Assembly: GCF_018977255.1 (NCBI RefSeq)
Contig: NW_024704743.1
Location: 14,448,001 to 14,512,000 of the forward strand
DNA: 64,000 nt
DNA from: Callorhinchus milii
Lineage: Eukaryota
Direction: 5' to 3'
Positions 24,999 through 37,849 of this stretch are shown piece after piece. The number at the start of each line of letters is the position of its first letter. Within the stretch, counting starts at the first letter, position 1. A model generated the notes under the pieces. The model ran no database searches, was not told the DNA's origin, and saw nothing but the letters and a program-made list of their open reading frames with translations. The translations under genes and the position numbers were made by a program.

Positions 24999-26682
24999 CT
25001 CATTATAGAAGCTGATCAGTGTGTACTCATTAAATAAACAAATATGTAATAAATATGTTATATATTTTTATATAGAAAAACAAGGACATTTTAGAATTTG
25101 AAACATAGGCTCGTTCTCCTTGACTAAACTGTTTTTCTTGTGTAAACCCAAGGTCCCTGGTCATACCTGTGTTGTTCAGTCTAGCACAGTTTGGGTGTAA
25201 TATTGGAATGTAATTGCTGTTGCTTCTTTAATATTGCAGGAATTTCATCCCCTATCTTAGTAAGCAATGAGAGCATGTGAAAATTGTGTTGCATAGGGAA
25301 AATGTAGTGAGGTGGGCAACCTCAGCTTTTACATATTAATTTTGTGTTGAGAAGAGGTTTCTCTAGCTCAATGTTAATGTGATTTCTAGGGTCAAGGCCA
25401 TTCAGATCAAAAGGTCAAACCCAGTGGCACTCTGCATAATTTCGAGCTGCCTCATTTGGTTCTGAACAAGTCCTGGTGATTTTGTCTGTCAGTCCCTTCA
25501 GGATTATGAGGACCTAAAATGCATGGCTCTGATAAACCCCAGAACTGGATAAGAGGGACACACGAGAAAGACCCCAAATTCCACTCAGTCTTAATGTGTA
25601 GCAGCTCTCAGAAAGAACCGGCTTCCAAATGAAGACACAGTTTTAGAATTATTCCCAATTCTGGGTGACTTTAAATGTTAAGGCAAAATGTTCTTCAATT
25701 GCTTTTAGCAATTGTTAACCATGCTGTATTCACATTTACCAGCCCAGCAATGGCAGTAGCTTCTTCATTTAAAGCCCATTAATCTGCGGTTGGTTACAAA
25801 AGTGATTAAACTTCTTACAAGCTTAATTCAAAATTTAATTCACTGAAATGCATATTGACAAATCTGGCAAATTTGGAATGGTACCAACCTGTCAACTAAA
25901 AGCTTTCAAGGACTCCAGTCCTATCGACATCAGCTCCATCAGCTCCAAAGACCATTAGAGATGAGCATGCCTTGCTCTAAGTTGTGTTAATTTACCTTCA
26001 GTGCAATTCTGCTTCATTCATTCTTTATTAGCAAAGAGTCCATCCCGTCTGCACTCTGATTGAAAACTAGGCTGTTACACTGGGGAGTGTAGTAGCTTGT
26101 CATGTACATGAGCTGGAAGTAGTGGAAAGAACATGGTGGATTATTTTTAGTCTGAAAATAATGAGCCCAAGAGGGCACATATCTAGATCAGTTATTTAGA
26201 GAGACCTTGTTTAAAATTGAGTTTGTATCTGGAGAGTCATCAAGGAGCAAGCACTTGTAAATGTAATCTTTGATTAGGTATTACATAACTCTCTTCACAT
26301 AGCAAAACCATTAATTAGATCTAGAAAAACTATTTTGTTAATACTAAAAGCTTTCAGTTGGAATCATTCAGTTCTTTTGAGATTGAGTTACTGTTTTTTT
26401 AAGGACCTAATTTTGTCCATCACCCGAGTCCTCATCATGCTCTGCTGGTTCCCTGCCAGATCGATTTGAATTTAAAAATCCTGTAGCACTTGTCAAAAAG
26501 AGAAGGGCTTCTCCTGGTGTCCTGGCCAACAATCCCGCAAATGATATTGGTCATTTACTTCATGCTTGTTTGATATTGCTCTGCGCAAATTAGCTGTCAC
26601 ATGCCTTTTTATTTGAAAGGTACTATATCAAATGGAAGTATTATTATTATTACCTCAATATAGACTGCTAGAGTACCAGCAG

Positions 26683-26822
26683 AAAAAAGAGGCAAGATGC
26701 TGCAGATGCTGGAAATCTGGTATAAACACAGAAGTCGCTGGGAACACACAGCAGGTCAGGCAGCATCCATGGAGAGAAGAAAATGAGTTAACGTTTCAGG
26801 TCTATGACCTTTCTTCAGAACT
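26683..26822 (-). mobile_element. Penelope-like terminal repeat
   Basis: TGCAGATGCTGGAAATCTG..CAGCAGGTCAGGCAGCATCCATGGAGAG..GAGTTAACGTTTCAGGTC..GACCTTTCTTCAGAACT. Confidence 0.65.
26786..26822 (-). ncRNA. Minimal type I hammerhead ribozyme motif
   Basis: Minus strand AGTT-CTGAAGA-A-AGGTC-ATA-GACCT-GAAA-CGTT-AACT: CUGANGA and GAAA cores, 5-bp stem II, stem I AGTT/AACT, palindromic stem III region. Confidence 0.55.
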
Positions 26823-27510
26823 GTATTAGCATCACACAGTATTAGCAGTCAGCATCTCTGAATACAGTAGTTTGATGTTAGCGGTAATGAGTATCTCTAT
26901 ACACTCTGATATTAGCAGTGTGCACCTCAATATACATCAGTGATAGAAATAGAGAAAATTATATCTTGGGATACAGTATACAGTTTGGGACACAATGTGT
27001 CAAGCGACTGCCAGGATTGTGGAAGGCGAACTAGATGGACCTTGGTCTTCTTTCGCCTAGCAAATCTTACGTTTGTATGTCTTTAGAGTTGCCATTGAGT
27101 TAATTTCAGATGTACTTTGGAGGTTGTAAAATTGTTCCACCTGCTGGTATACTTTGAGTAAATATGAAATAGTTCAGCCTACAAGAAGCCATGGTAACTG
27201 TTAACCTACAGATAGCAATGCGTCAGGCACAGCTAGGTATTGATATTACAATTGCTACATATTTTTTATACCCCAAATAATATAAAAATGTTAAATTGGT
27301 TAAATTGACCAATATTAATTGGTCATTCACTTCATAGCTGTGGGAATTTGCTCTATGCAAATGACATTTACCTAAAGGGATGAGCTGTGAGGAACAACTA
27401 AATAAAATGGGGCTCCTCAACCTTGAATATAGATGTCTCAGAGGGAACATTGCAGAGGGATGTGAATTGCTAAATAGTATGAGGAAGTTAAACAATACTT
27501 TTAGATATGC

Positions 27511-28170
27511 CAACAACAACAACAACAACAAGATTCCATTTATAAAGCGCCTTTCACGTCAGGAGGACGTCCCAAGGCGCTGCACAGTTGGGTCATGACC
27601 CGAGCAGGGGGGAAATGGTCAGGGTGAGGGGAGGGGGAGGGAGCGAGGAGGGGGAAATGGTCAGGGTGAGGGGAGGGATGGGAGGGAGCGAGAAGGGGGA
27701 AGAGAGTCGAGAGGGGAGCTGAAGGCTCGGTCAAAGAGAAAGGCTTTGAGACCGGCCTTGAAGGAGGAAAGGGAGGAGGCGGCGAAGGCACTGGGGAATA
27801 GAGTTCCAGAGCCTCGGAGCTGAGAGGCTGAAGGCCCGGCCACCGATGGTAGGGCGGTTGGGGCGGGGGACGTGGAGCAGACCGGAGCCGGAGGAACGGA
27901 GGGTACGGGCAGGTAGGTAGGGGATAGTAGGTTGGAGAGGTAGGAGGGAGCAAGGCCGTGAATGGCCTTGTAGGTGAGGATGAGGATCTTGAATTCGATC
28001 CTCTGGGGGATGGGGAGCCAGTGGAGGCGAGCGAGGGTGGGGGTGATGTGGTCCCGAAGCCTGGTGCGGGACAGTACACGAGCTGCAGAGTTCTGAATGA
28101 CCTGCAGCTTGTGGAGGGAGGTGCCGGGAAGGCCGGCGAGGAGAGAGTTCCCATAGTCCAGCCTTGAGGA
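27511..28170 (-). mobile_element. Young L2 3' fragment inserted in an old CR1 remnant
   Basis: Near-identical to 22650-23306; TATGC flanks both sides (27506-27510, 28172-28176). Confidence 0.95.
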
Positions 28171-29060
28171 CTATGCAAGACAAGAAGGTACAGGTTCACG
28201 TATATGAAGGACATAATTTATTTCAAGATAAACACCACATAGTATTTTTTATGCATTGAGATCTGGATAGAGGCATTGCAGCCTACTTCAAATATAACTA
28301 AATGCCACCTATGTTATTTAATGTGAAAAATACTTCAATATCCTAATAATTCTGCAATTGTTATAGATAGTGGGCTATTTCTAATACATCCAAGATAGCA
28401 GAAAATATGCTACGTTGCTGTAGTAATAACATACCACAGTCAGCAGAGGTGCATGTGTAGAATACTTCATATCTGCTGCACTCACAGAATGAATCAATGT
28501 AAGTATTTTATATATTAAATAAAATATAGGGTGTCAGTCTGGGAGAGCACTGCACTGTCATCCCCATCCTTTAGATGAGTTGTTATACCGAGCCCCAATC
28601 TGCCTGTTCAGGTGGATGTTAAAGATCCCATGACACAATTCGAAAAGAGAAAGGATTTTCTCCCAATGTCCTGGCCAACAATCCCCCAAATAAAATTGGT
28701 CACTCACTCCATGGCAGTTTGTTTGTCTGCCATATTTGCCCACAAAATACAGTCACTATACTTATCAGTAAATCCTGTGAAGTGCTCTGAGACGTCTCAA
28801 TGATGTGATAAGATGCTACGTCAAATGTAAGGATTATTTCAAGTGCAAGGATTATAAATCAATAATGTACGTGGGTAGAATAACAATATCACCTGAAAGC
28901 ACCTCTCTTATCAGGTTTTCAATTTTACATATGATTGATATTGTCGCAGGCATGTTCTCAGTGCACGTTATTATTATGTTATCAATGCCTCAAAACTGTG
29001 CAGGTAATAAACAAATTATGAAAAACTGTAGCATTAGAAAATGGTGGACTTGTTGGACAG

Positions 29061-29079
29061 CAGCGCCACCTACTGGCCA
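29061..29079 (-). promoter_or_regulatory. Strong CTCF consensus site
   Basis: Minus strand TGGCCAGTAGGTGGCGCTG; exact match to CCASYAGRKGGCRS, in non-repeat sequence. Confidence 0.6.
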
Positions 29080-29909
29080 CATGGAGTCAAGGAATATTTG
29101 AAGGATTAATTCCTTCAAAAATAAAATAGAAAATAAAATATAATAATAATTTGATCATTCAATCCACGACTGTTTGTGGGAAACTGCTGTGCATAAATGG
29201 CTGCCGCGTTTCGCCTACAAAATATACAGTCAATTTACTTTACAGTATATTGTGTGAGGTGCGTTGAGACTTGAAGATGTGATAAGGCACTACAACAAAA
29301 TGCAAGGATTATTAATTTTATTATATGTTTGCAATCGTATAATAACTTCACATTATCTGTTTCTAAGACAAAAGTCTCTTTTTTGTATGCCTGGCTTCCG
29401 TAAGAATACACTGTCCCCTGGTTTTCACTTGATCTAGATTATGTCCCCAAAGTGGGCATGTATTATAACAAATATATTATTTGTTATAAATATATATTTG
29501 TTATAAATATATTATTTGTTATAAATAAATTATGTATTATAACAAAGGCAATTATAACCACTTTAATTATCAGATTGAGGAGTTGGCTGCCTCATTTTGG
29601 GGAGGTGTTAAGAAGGAACTGTAGGTTGCACTGATGGGAATTTTGGGGCCATTATCCAGGGTCAGATATGCAATGGCGTTTATCATCTCAAAAATTATAT
29701 TCATGAGACAATCTTACTTAAATGTACCACAAGTTGATGAAGAAAACAGACAGCTAAGGCACCACCAGAAATTTCACGATAATAAATGTAGAGTTCTGGC
29801 TGCACATCTCGTCCAAATACTGTATAAGATTGTGAGGAACAATAACGTTTAGGTATTTGTCTGGATAAACTGATGACTGTTGCATGTAGCATGGTAAATA
29901 TGGTACCAT

Positions 29910-30238
29910 GTGGAGTCCTGTAGCTCAGTGGTTAGAGCACTCGCTTTGCAAACGAGAGACCTGAGTTCAATTCCAGGCAGAGGGCGAAACCTTGGGCAAG
30001 TTTCCTTACTCCACACGCCTAATAATAATCCCTCCAAAAACAAAAACAATAATAAAAAAAAATTGATCATTTTCAATCTACGACTGTTTGTGGGACATTG
30101 CTGTGCGCAATTGGCTGCCGCGTTCGCCCACAAATATACAGTCAATTCACTTTACAGTGTGTTCTGTGAAGCGCTTTGGGACGTCCTCCCGACATGAAAA
30201 GCGCTATATCAAATGCAAGGATTATTATTATTATTATT
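29910..30238 (+). mobile_element. Young tRNA(Ala)-headed Deu SINE, full length
   Basis: GTGGAGTCCTGTAGCTCAGTGGTTAGAGC...AAATGCAAGG(ATT)n. Confidence 0.95.
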
Positions 30239-31629
30239 AAATAATAATCCTTCCATTTGGTACAGTACATTTCACATCAGGAGGTGACTGTGTGTTTTGC
30301 AGGCAAATATATATCTGGTAACATTTTATACAAGTGTCAAGGAGGCATAGGATGCTGTCCTTATTTGAAGTACAGTGGCATGTCCCCTAAATGCAGTGAG
30401 TTTACTTGACTTTGAGCTCTGGCACAGCTGCCCTCAGCATCCTGGCCTCCAAGTCTCCTGAAGTTCTGAGTTTGGAGTCTCATCAAGAACAGCTCCGCAA
30501 CAGAGTAACAATGATTGATCTTGTCATGAGATGTTGAATCAAGGTCTTGTCTGCCTGTCCTCAGGTGGATGCTAAAAATCCTGTGGCACTATCGGGGAAG
30601 AGAAGAACACCTTGATAAATAATCTTCAAGATTAATTGATTATTCACATCATGGCTGTTTATGGGTCTTTGCTGGTGGAAACTGGTTGATGCATTTGCTT
30701 ACAACAACAACAACAAAATTACATTTGTATAGTGTCTTTCACATGGGGAGGATGTCCTAAGGCGCTGCAAAACAATCGCAACACTTGGCAGTAATTATTC
30801 AAAAGCATTTTGAGACTTTGATGTGTAAGATGTTTTCATATAACAGCAAGCATGCACATTGTCTTGAATAGGAGTACAAAGGTTAAATAATATAATGGAA
30901 AGAATGTTAACCATCAATTTGGACACCCACTGGCAACAACTTCCATCAGAATACTTTAGACAGATACTTTCTAAAGATCACAGGATCACAGATTAGTTTG
31001 GATGAAGAAGGTCCTTCGTGCTAGCCAATCCATCCTTCCAGAAACCCCAGTCTTCCATCCTCCCATCACTGTGTCAAGCTGCTTTTTGAATGAGTTCAGT
31101 GTCCTAACCACAAACACCCTTCATGGCAGGCTCTTCCAGTCGTTAATTACCCTCTGAATAAAGAAACACTTGGTCCTAAAGATGCACTGTAAAAATTCAA
31201 TTAGAATCAGGACTTAATTCTGACTTACATTCTCATATGTTTTCACATGAATATCAATTTGCTGTTACATATCTGCAAGTTGACAGGAAATGATTCTTAA
31301 TGAGCTAATTACAATATTTAGATCAGTTACTGACCAGACCAGCAGATGTATACAGACATGGAATCTGTATCTCCTTTGCAGCAGAAAGCAAAGCTTTTCA
31401 TTGCAATGCCTGCTGTGTGAGTTTTTTGAAGGGGCATTAGCAATGCTAAATTTACTATGCAGCAAGTTTTTTGGCCAATTAGTTGGCACCAACCAAGTCA
31501 CCTTCAGCAACCATTAATTTAGACAATGAGTATCCAGAGGATGAAGGATTGTCATATGTATCCGAACAGTGCAGAAACCAGACTGCTCAACTCAATGGAC
31601 TGTCGAGTGGAGTCACCAGGAGTCTTCAG

Positions 31630-31849
31630 TGAGCACTTTCAGCCACTACGCCCCGAAACTCTGGAAAACTCTTCCTTTATCCCTCCGTTGCCCCTTTCTT
31701 CACCATCTTCAGGTCGGGCCTGAAAACTTTCCTATTCAACCGTGCCTACGGTCACCTCCCCCGGGTTGGCTTTGTGCTCTGCCACTGTCAAGCGCTCTGC
31801 GACGCTACCCTGCATAAAGGGCGCTATACAAATGCAAGTTGTTGTTGTT
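31630..31849 (+). mobile_element. Old L2 3' end
   Basis: 'FSHYAPKLWKTLP' plus tail AAGGGCGCTATACAAATGCAAGTTGTTGTTG. Confidence 0.8.
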
Positions 31850-32269
31850 AAAACAGCAGTTAGCTGAAACATTGAGGAAACATGGATGGATTAAACAAAA
31901 GCTTTTCTATAGTAAAAGTAAAATATCAAGAGGTACTCTACAATATTATAACATTAGAATGACATGCAGAATACAAATTTAACAATATTTTTCTTATTAT
32001 TCTGCAGGATTATTATTATTCTCAGGGTCAGAGGAAAGTTTCAGGGGAAAATAGCGATGGCCCTGAGCTTGTTTTCTGAAATGCATCTGGATCACCACAG
32101 TGCTGAAACTGGGGAGATCCTGGTGGTGTCAAGCTAAACCCTAAACTTAAAAGAATCAACACCTTTGGCTTCCATTGTATCCTTAGGAAGCCTGTTACAT
32201 ATATTTACTACTCAATCCATGAAGTAGTGTTCCACAGATTTGTTATGAATTTACCCCCCTTTAATCGCA

Positions 32270-32700
32270 GGCAGTTTCCTCTGGTTCTACTGTTCAGTAC
32301 AAGATAAAATAACTGATTATCAAATACTTAGGAATTTTGAACACCGGAATCATATTGCGCCTCAGCGTTCTCTTCTCCAGCGTGAAAATGCCCAGTTTAC
32401 CTAATCGCTCCTTATAGTCCAGTTTCTCCATCCCCTCAATCATTTTGATTGCCCTCCTCTGTAAACTCTCAATCACTGCAATGCCCTTTTCATATTGCGG
32501 GGAGACCAGAACTGCACAAAGTATTCCAAGTGCGGTCGCACCAATGATTTATAAGGTGGAAGGATTACTCCACTCTTTCAGCTCAATATTTCCTTTTTAA
32601 TACAATGCAGCATTCTGGTGTGCCTTATTCATTGCTACCGAGCACTGTGGCAATAGCTTCAATATATTGTCAATCAGGACCCCCAGATCCTTTTTCATTT
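32270..32700 (-). mobile_element. Old CR1 ORF2 fragment
   Basis: 'IESLQRRAIKMIEGMEKLDYKERLGKLGIFTLEKR..VFKI'. Confidence 0.85.
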
Positions 32701-34344
32701 TCGGTACACATTCTCTTGAGAGAAGGTGACTCATAGGGGACTTTGTAGAGGTATATAAAATTTTAAACGGGATTGAAAAAGTAAACCCAGATCAATACTT
32801 TAGGATGCTACAAAAACAGATATTGGGGTCTAATTTGCGGTATTCGTTATCAGGTTTCTTAATAAGAAATTTAATATTAAATGCGTCCTTCTGCACTTTC
32901 AATGTTTCAGAAATTCAATAATTGCACATTACGTCTTTAGAAATCTGTTTAAAAACTGTGTGGTAAATCTGGTGAGATTACGCAACAGGATTTATCAATT
33001 AAGAAATCTGGAAGTGCACAAAACCGATTCGTAGGAATTCTCCATCTATTTTGTAATGGGGTTCCATCAGGTTGGTGCAATGTGAATGATAGATTTCTGC
33101 AGGAGTCTTACATTTAAGAAGGCCTGTAAAATTGACCTTAATGCTGTTTTATTGCGGTCCAATAAGACAGGCAATGTGAGTAGCACAGATGTGTGAGTAT
33201 GTGCACATTGGGGCAAAGTAACACTCTCTTCAGCTCTCAAGACAAATCAGCTTCATTGATTGACTCAATCGCTCTGGTGTGATTTCAGGCTTGGCTGACA
33301 ATATGCTGCAATACCTGGGATTCCTAAGGTCAAACCCACCAATATACTTTGCTATTTTTACCCACCTTGCTGGTTGAGTGCTGGTGCAGAATTGTCAGCT
33401 GAATTATTTATGGCCCAGAGGAAACTGCCTGCGGTCCTCTGACATTTGAAAACAGTGACAGGGGCAACTCTTACAGACTGCAAGACCTTCTGCTCACTCA
33501 GCTTGTGGCTGTTTGAGCAATCTCGCTTGTGCAAATAGCTTCCACATTTGCCTACCAATGCAGTCACTTCACTTGACAGCAATTAACTGTGAAGAGCTTT
33601 GATGGGTTTTGACATGTTAAGACACTATTTAAATGTAATTTTCCAGAGGGCCATTCATCATGTCCAAGCAGTGAGTGTTGTTAGATTAAATGCCCATGGG
33701 TATCAGTCGGATCTGTAATGCACCTCCATGAAAATGTATATCTGGAGCAGGAAACGTGCGCTGCTGTGAGACAAATCTTGGAAGAAATCAGTGGGAGCCA
33801 GGCCAAGTTAGAGCAGGATTGACTTCTGTGTAAAGATATACTGTCCTGCTTTACAGGCAAGCCACCGGACCACATTGATCAGAATTCGCCCCTCTGACGA
33901 CCTCATGGGGCGAGGTGCTCCTGGCCTCTCTTTCAAACGTCTTGATGCCTGTGGTTCTCCATGCTCAATAAACAGGGGTCTCGCTGGCTGAGAGACAGAA
34001 AGAGCTGGACAAGTGGTACAGCAGGGGGTCTTGGCAAATCTGACATTTTCAAGCATGAATTATTTGACAAGTTGATCTTTTTTTACTGGATCTTAATAAA
34101 GTGCAGAAGCACAGAATTTGCTTGTAGAATAAAGTTGTTATTATGGTAATGTGTATAAATTTAAAGAAATTTATCCATAATTGCTTTAGGAGCCCCACCA
34201 CTCCAGACACTAACCAAGCTTCAAAAATTTATATTTCTCTTTTTTGTTCCATAAATTTGGAAATCTAAAAATGTAGCATTGTGATAAAGATGTTAGGAAC
34301 TTCTCTGAGGACCAGCACTTTCTCTGTGTCCCCAAATCTCATAG

Positions 34345-34720
34345 TAATAATAATAATCCTTGCATTTGATTTAGTGCTTTATCATATGTTCGAGATAGGA
34401 ATATAGGAACAGGAGTAGGCCATTCAGCTCTTCAAGCCTGTTCTGCCATTTAATTAGATCTTGGCTGATCTGTTTCAAAGTGCTTAACAGAATATACTCT
34501 AAAGTGGATTGACTGTATATTTTGCAGCAGCCAATTGTGCACAGCAGTGTCCCACAAAGGATTATGGATTGAGTGACCAAATTATTATTATTATCTATTT
34601 ATTTTTTGAAAGGATTATTGCCCCTGGAAAAGCGATCCACCAATCTAACAACCAGGTTTCTACTTATTGTAGGTAAACAGAGGCGTGTGGATTAAGGAAA
34701 CTTGCCTAATGCTTAGCCCA
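34345..34720 (-). mobile_element. Older-subfamily Deu SINE lacking its head, with a short CR1 tail inserted at ~34395-34470
   Basis: Colinear with 19178-19470; AGGAACAGGAGTAGGCCATTCAGC CR1 tail inside. Confidence 0.8.
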
Positions 34721-35418
34721 TATTTGTAAAACCCCTTCCAAACGTTCTTCTCATGCCCTCACTCCCTGCTTTCAAAACCTCCTAAAAACGTTACCTCTTT
34801 TTACCGTTCACTGGGTCAGTTTCCTCCTATTTCCCATGTCTTACCAATTTACAACCTCTGTAAAATCTGTGAGACATCATCCTACGCAACTTATTTATAA
34901 GCGCAAGTTATTCTAGTTATTCCACTTTTACTCTATAAGCTTGTCTCCTGAAGCAATCCTGCCTCACAAAGAAAATCATATTGTAAACTGTTTGTACTAT
35001 CCGGCTCTCTATGAAGGCCCATGTGGCATTTAATAACAACGACAACTTGAATTTATATAACGTCCTTCACGCCAGACAGGGTCTTGGAGCTTTAATCACC
35101 TGAAGGCGTTATACAAATGTAATGTTGTTGTTGCTGGCTCCGTTTTTAGGAGATGCAATTCCATAATGCCAAGTTATGGAGTTGGAACGAGCGGACCATT
35201 AAGATTTTGCTTTGGATCTCCACAAGCCAAATAATGGGAGCGAAAACGTGAAACAAATCTGTTAGCAAAGTCACCTGATCTTCTAGACTTTTATTATTTG
35301 GAGAACAGAGATCACCAAATAAAATTCCAGTGGCAATTTGTAATAATCTTTATATTTGATACAGAACATCAAATCATCAAATGTCTTAAAGCACGCCACA
35401 GGAATTAGCTGTCAAATT

Positions 35419-35746
35419 TAATAATAATAATAATAATAATCCTTGCATTTGATATAGCGCTTTTCACGTCGGGAGGACGTCCCAAAGCGCTTCACAGAAC
35501 ACACTGTAAAGTGAATTGACTGTATATTTGTGGGCGAACGCGGCAGCCAATTGCGCACAGCAATGTCCCACAAACAGTCGTAGATTGAAAATGACCAATT
35601 TATTATTGTTTTTGGGGTTTTTGGAGGGATTATTATTAGGCGTGTGGAGTAAGGAAACTTGCCCAAGGTTTCGCCCTGCCTGGAATTGACCTCAGGTCTC
35701 TCACTTGCAAAGCGAGTGCTCTAACCACTGAGCTACAGGACTCCAC
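35419..35746 (-). mobile_element. Young tRNA(Ala)-headed Deu SINE, full length
   Basis: Near-identical to 4461-4784. Confidence 0.95.
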
Positions 35747-37849
35747 GAGTTAGAATCTATCTGCAATATTTGCAGGAATCAATGTTCCACAGACAGTGAT
35801 GACCAACTTATCTGAAAGACTGTTAGCCAGTACAATGAGAGAAACTCTATGGAATCTTTAACATCCTCACGAACAGACAGACCAAATCTCAGTTTACCAT
35901 CTTGTCCATCTGATGGCACCTCTCACAATGCAATTCCTTCCTAGTGCTGTACTGGAATGTCAGCTTGGACTATGAGCTCAGAATGCTGGTGTGAGCCCTC
36001 AACCCACTACCTTCTGATTCAGAGGTGAAAGTGCTAGCATATTGAGCGAGGCTGGGGCTTTGTGGAGGCTTGCACGTGAGGTTTGCGTTTGTTCTGTGCT
36101 CCAAGCAGTCTCCAGAAATCCAGAACCCATGTAACTGCAAAACACAACAATAAAAGGCATTTACATGATCTCCCCATATTCTAAACATTGTAGCACATGG
36201 GGAGTGGATGGATACACTGCTAAAACACAACAAATTAGGGTAATACATATGGGGCAGGTGTATGGACATTGGGTGTGAGGGATGATTGAGTTTGGATGTG
36301 AGGAGCACGTAGACTGACAACTCTTGTGCCTGAAAAATGGTCATTTGGGGTGAAGGCTGATGGTTCATGTGGAGCCACGAGCCTTCATTTGAGTAAAGTT
36401 GCAACCTGGAATTGATGAGCTGTGTCAAACAAACATCCATTCTCCAGTTTTGTGGCAGATGAAGTTTGTAATCCAAGTAGCTAGGACTAAGAAGTGTTGA
36501 TTGGAGTTAGCGTCCCTAGCTGTCGCTGCTTCTGAGATCTGAAATCCCACCCCATAAGACCATTTTACACTAAAACTTAATATTGTGCAAAATTGTGGAA
36601 AATTCTTCAATCCAGTCTTAATTTCAAAGCAGTTTCCATTTAAGAGTTACAGAAAACTACTTTCCAAATTAAAACAGAATTGAATTTTACACAATTTCGT
36701 GAAATCTTACATTTTAAAACAAATGTATTTACAGGCTAAGAATAGGTGCAATTTCAAGCTTCACATGAGCAGAGATTAGTGACCTCCCACTTGCCAATTC
36801 TTCACAGCTCACATTGGAATACGGAGTGAATCAAACAAGTATTTCTGTGTTAATCAAGCCTAGTTTAGAATATTGTATCTTACCTCAGAGGGTTACTTCT
36901 ATTACATGCAAAATGACTCGGTTTCCTTCCTCCTTGTCTTGCTTAAGATGGTCTCATCTCATTAGCTCAGCATAAGTGGCCACTGTAGTGTCTGCATCAA
37001 GCTCCTGGGGGCAGAAGTGCTCCACTCCTTCCATCACATGAAGGTTTTGCGTGAACAAACTTCGTTTGCAGCAATTCAGCTCCCTTTGCTGGGTGTGCAG
37101 GGAGGGGGAGTGAATGATGGAATCTGGCCTGTCGCTGCTGGATTTTGATATAAATGCAGCATGGAAAATATAAATTTTCTGGCCTTGTCTCTGCTAGGAG
37201 ATAAGAGAGTAATTGCGTTAAAGTCATCCCATCGGACTTGTCAGATAATTGTGCAGCATGGGATGTGATAGTGAAGCCAAAACAAATACTTCAAGAACGT
37301 CAAATGGAGGCACCTTTCACTTTGGTGGACACAAAATCAAAGAAAACAGACAAATTAAGATTTTCAGTGTTAATGAAGACACTGTGCTGTCACTCTATTG
37401 CAGGGAGGATCAATGTTCACAGATCTCTGAACAAACCTGAGCCTTCTCTAACAATAGCCATTATTAAAGCTGCTTTTAAAGCTGGCAATTAATATTTCCT
37501 CACATACCTCAGCTTTGACCCTGTGAACCCTAGACTTCACTTGGAGCTTTCAAATCTTTCTTTAAAATGTTCAAAGAAACCTAATTATACTGAGTATATT
37601 CCCAATCTAATATATTGAGTTTGTTTAAATGGTTGGACATTTCAGCAAGGACCGCTGGATTTTCGTCCCTCTCATTTTATATCTTTTTTTATATTTGATT
37701 CCCTCTCAGAGTCTTTCAAGTCACACAACACTGTTCCTGAAAAGTGGCCAGATCATCTGCTGCTTTCTCAGGTCACACTTAAGTTGGGAGCTGGGAGGAG
37801 GCAGCCACAAGACCACAAGAGATGTTTGGATGAAGAAAATCCTTCAGCC

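Noticed and set aside
29910..29985. tRNA-Ala(TGC)-like sequence with A/B boxes (also in the other SINE heads)
   Set aside because: No proper acceptor stem, and it always continues into the SINE body; not a tRNA gene.
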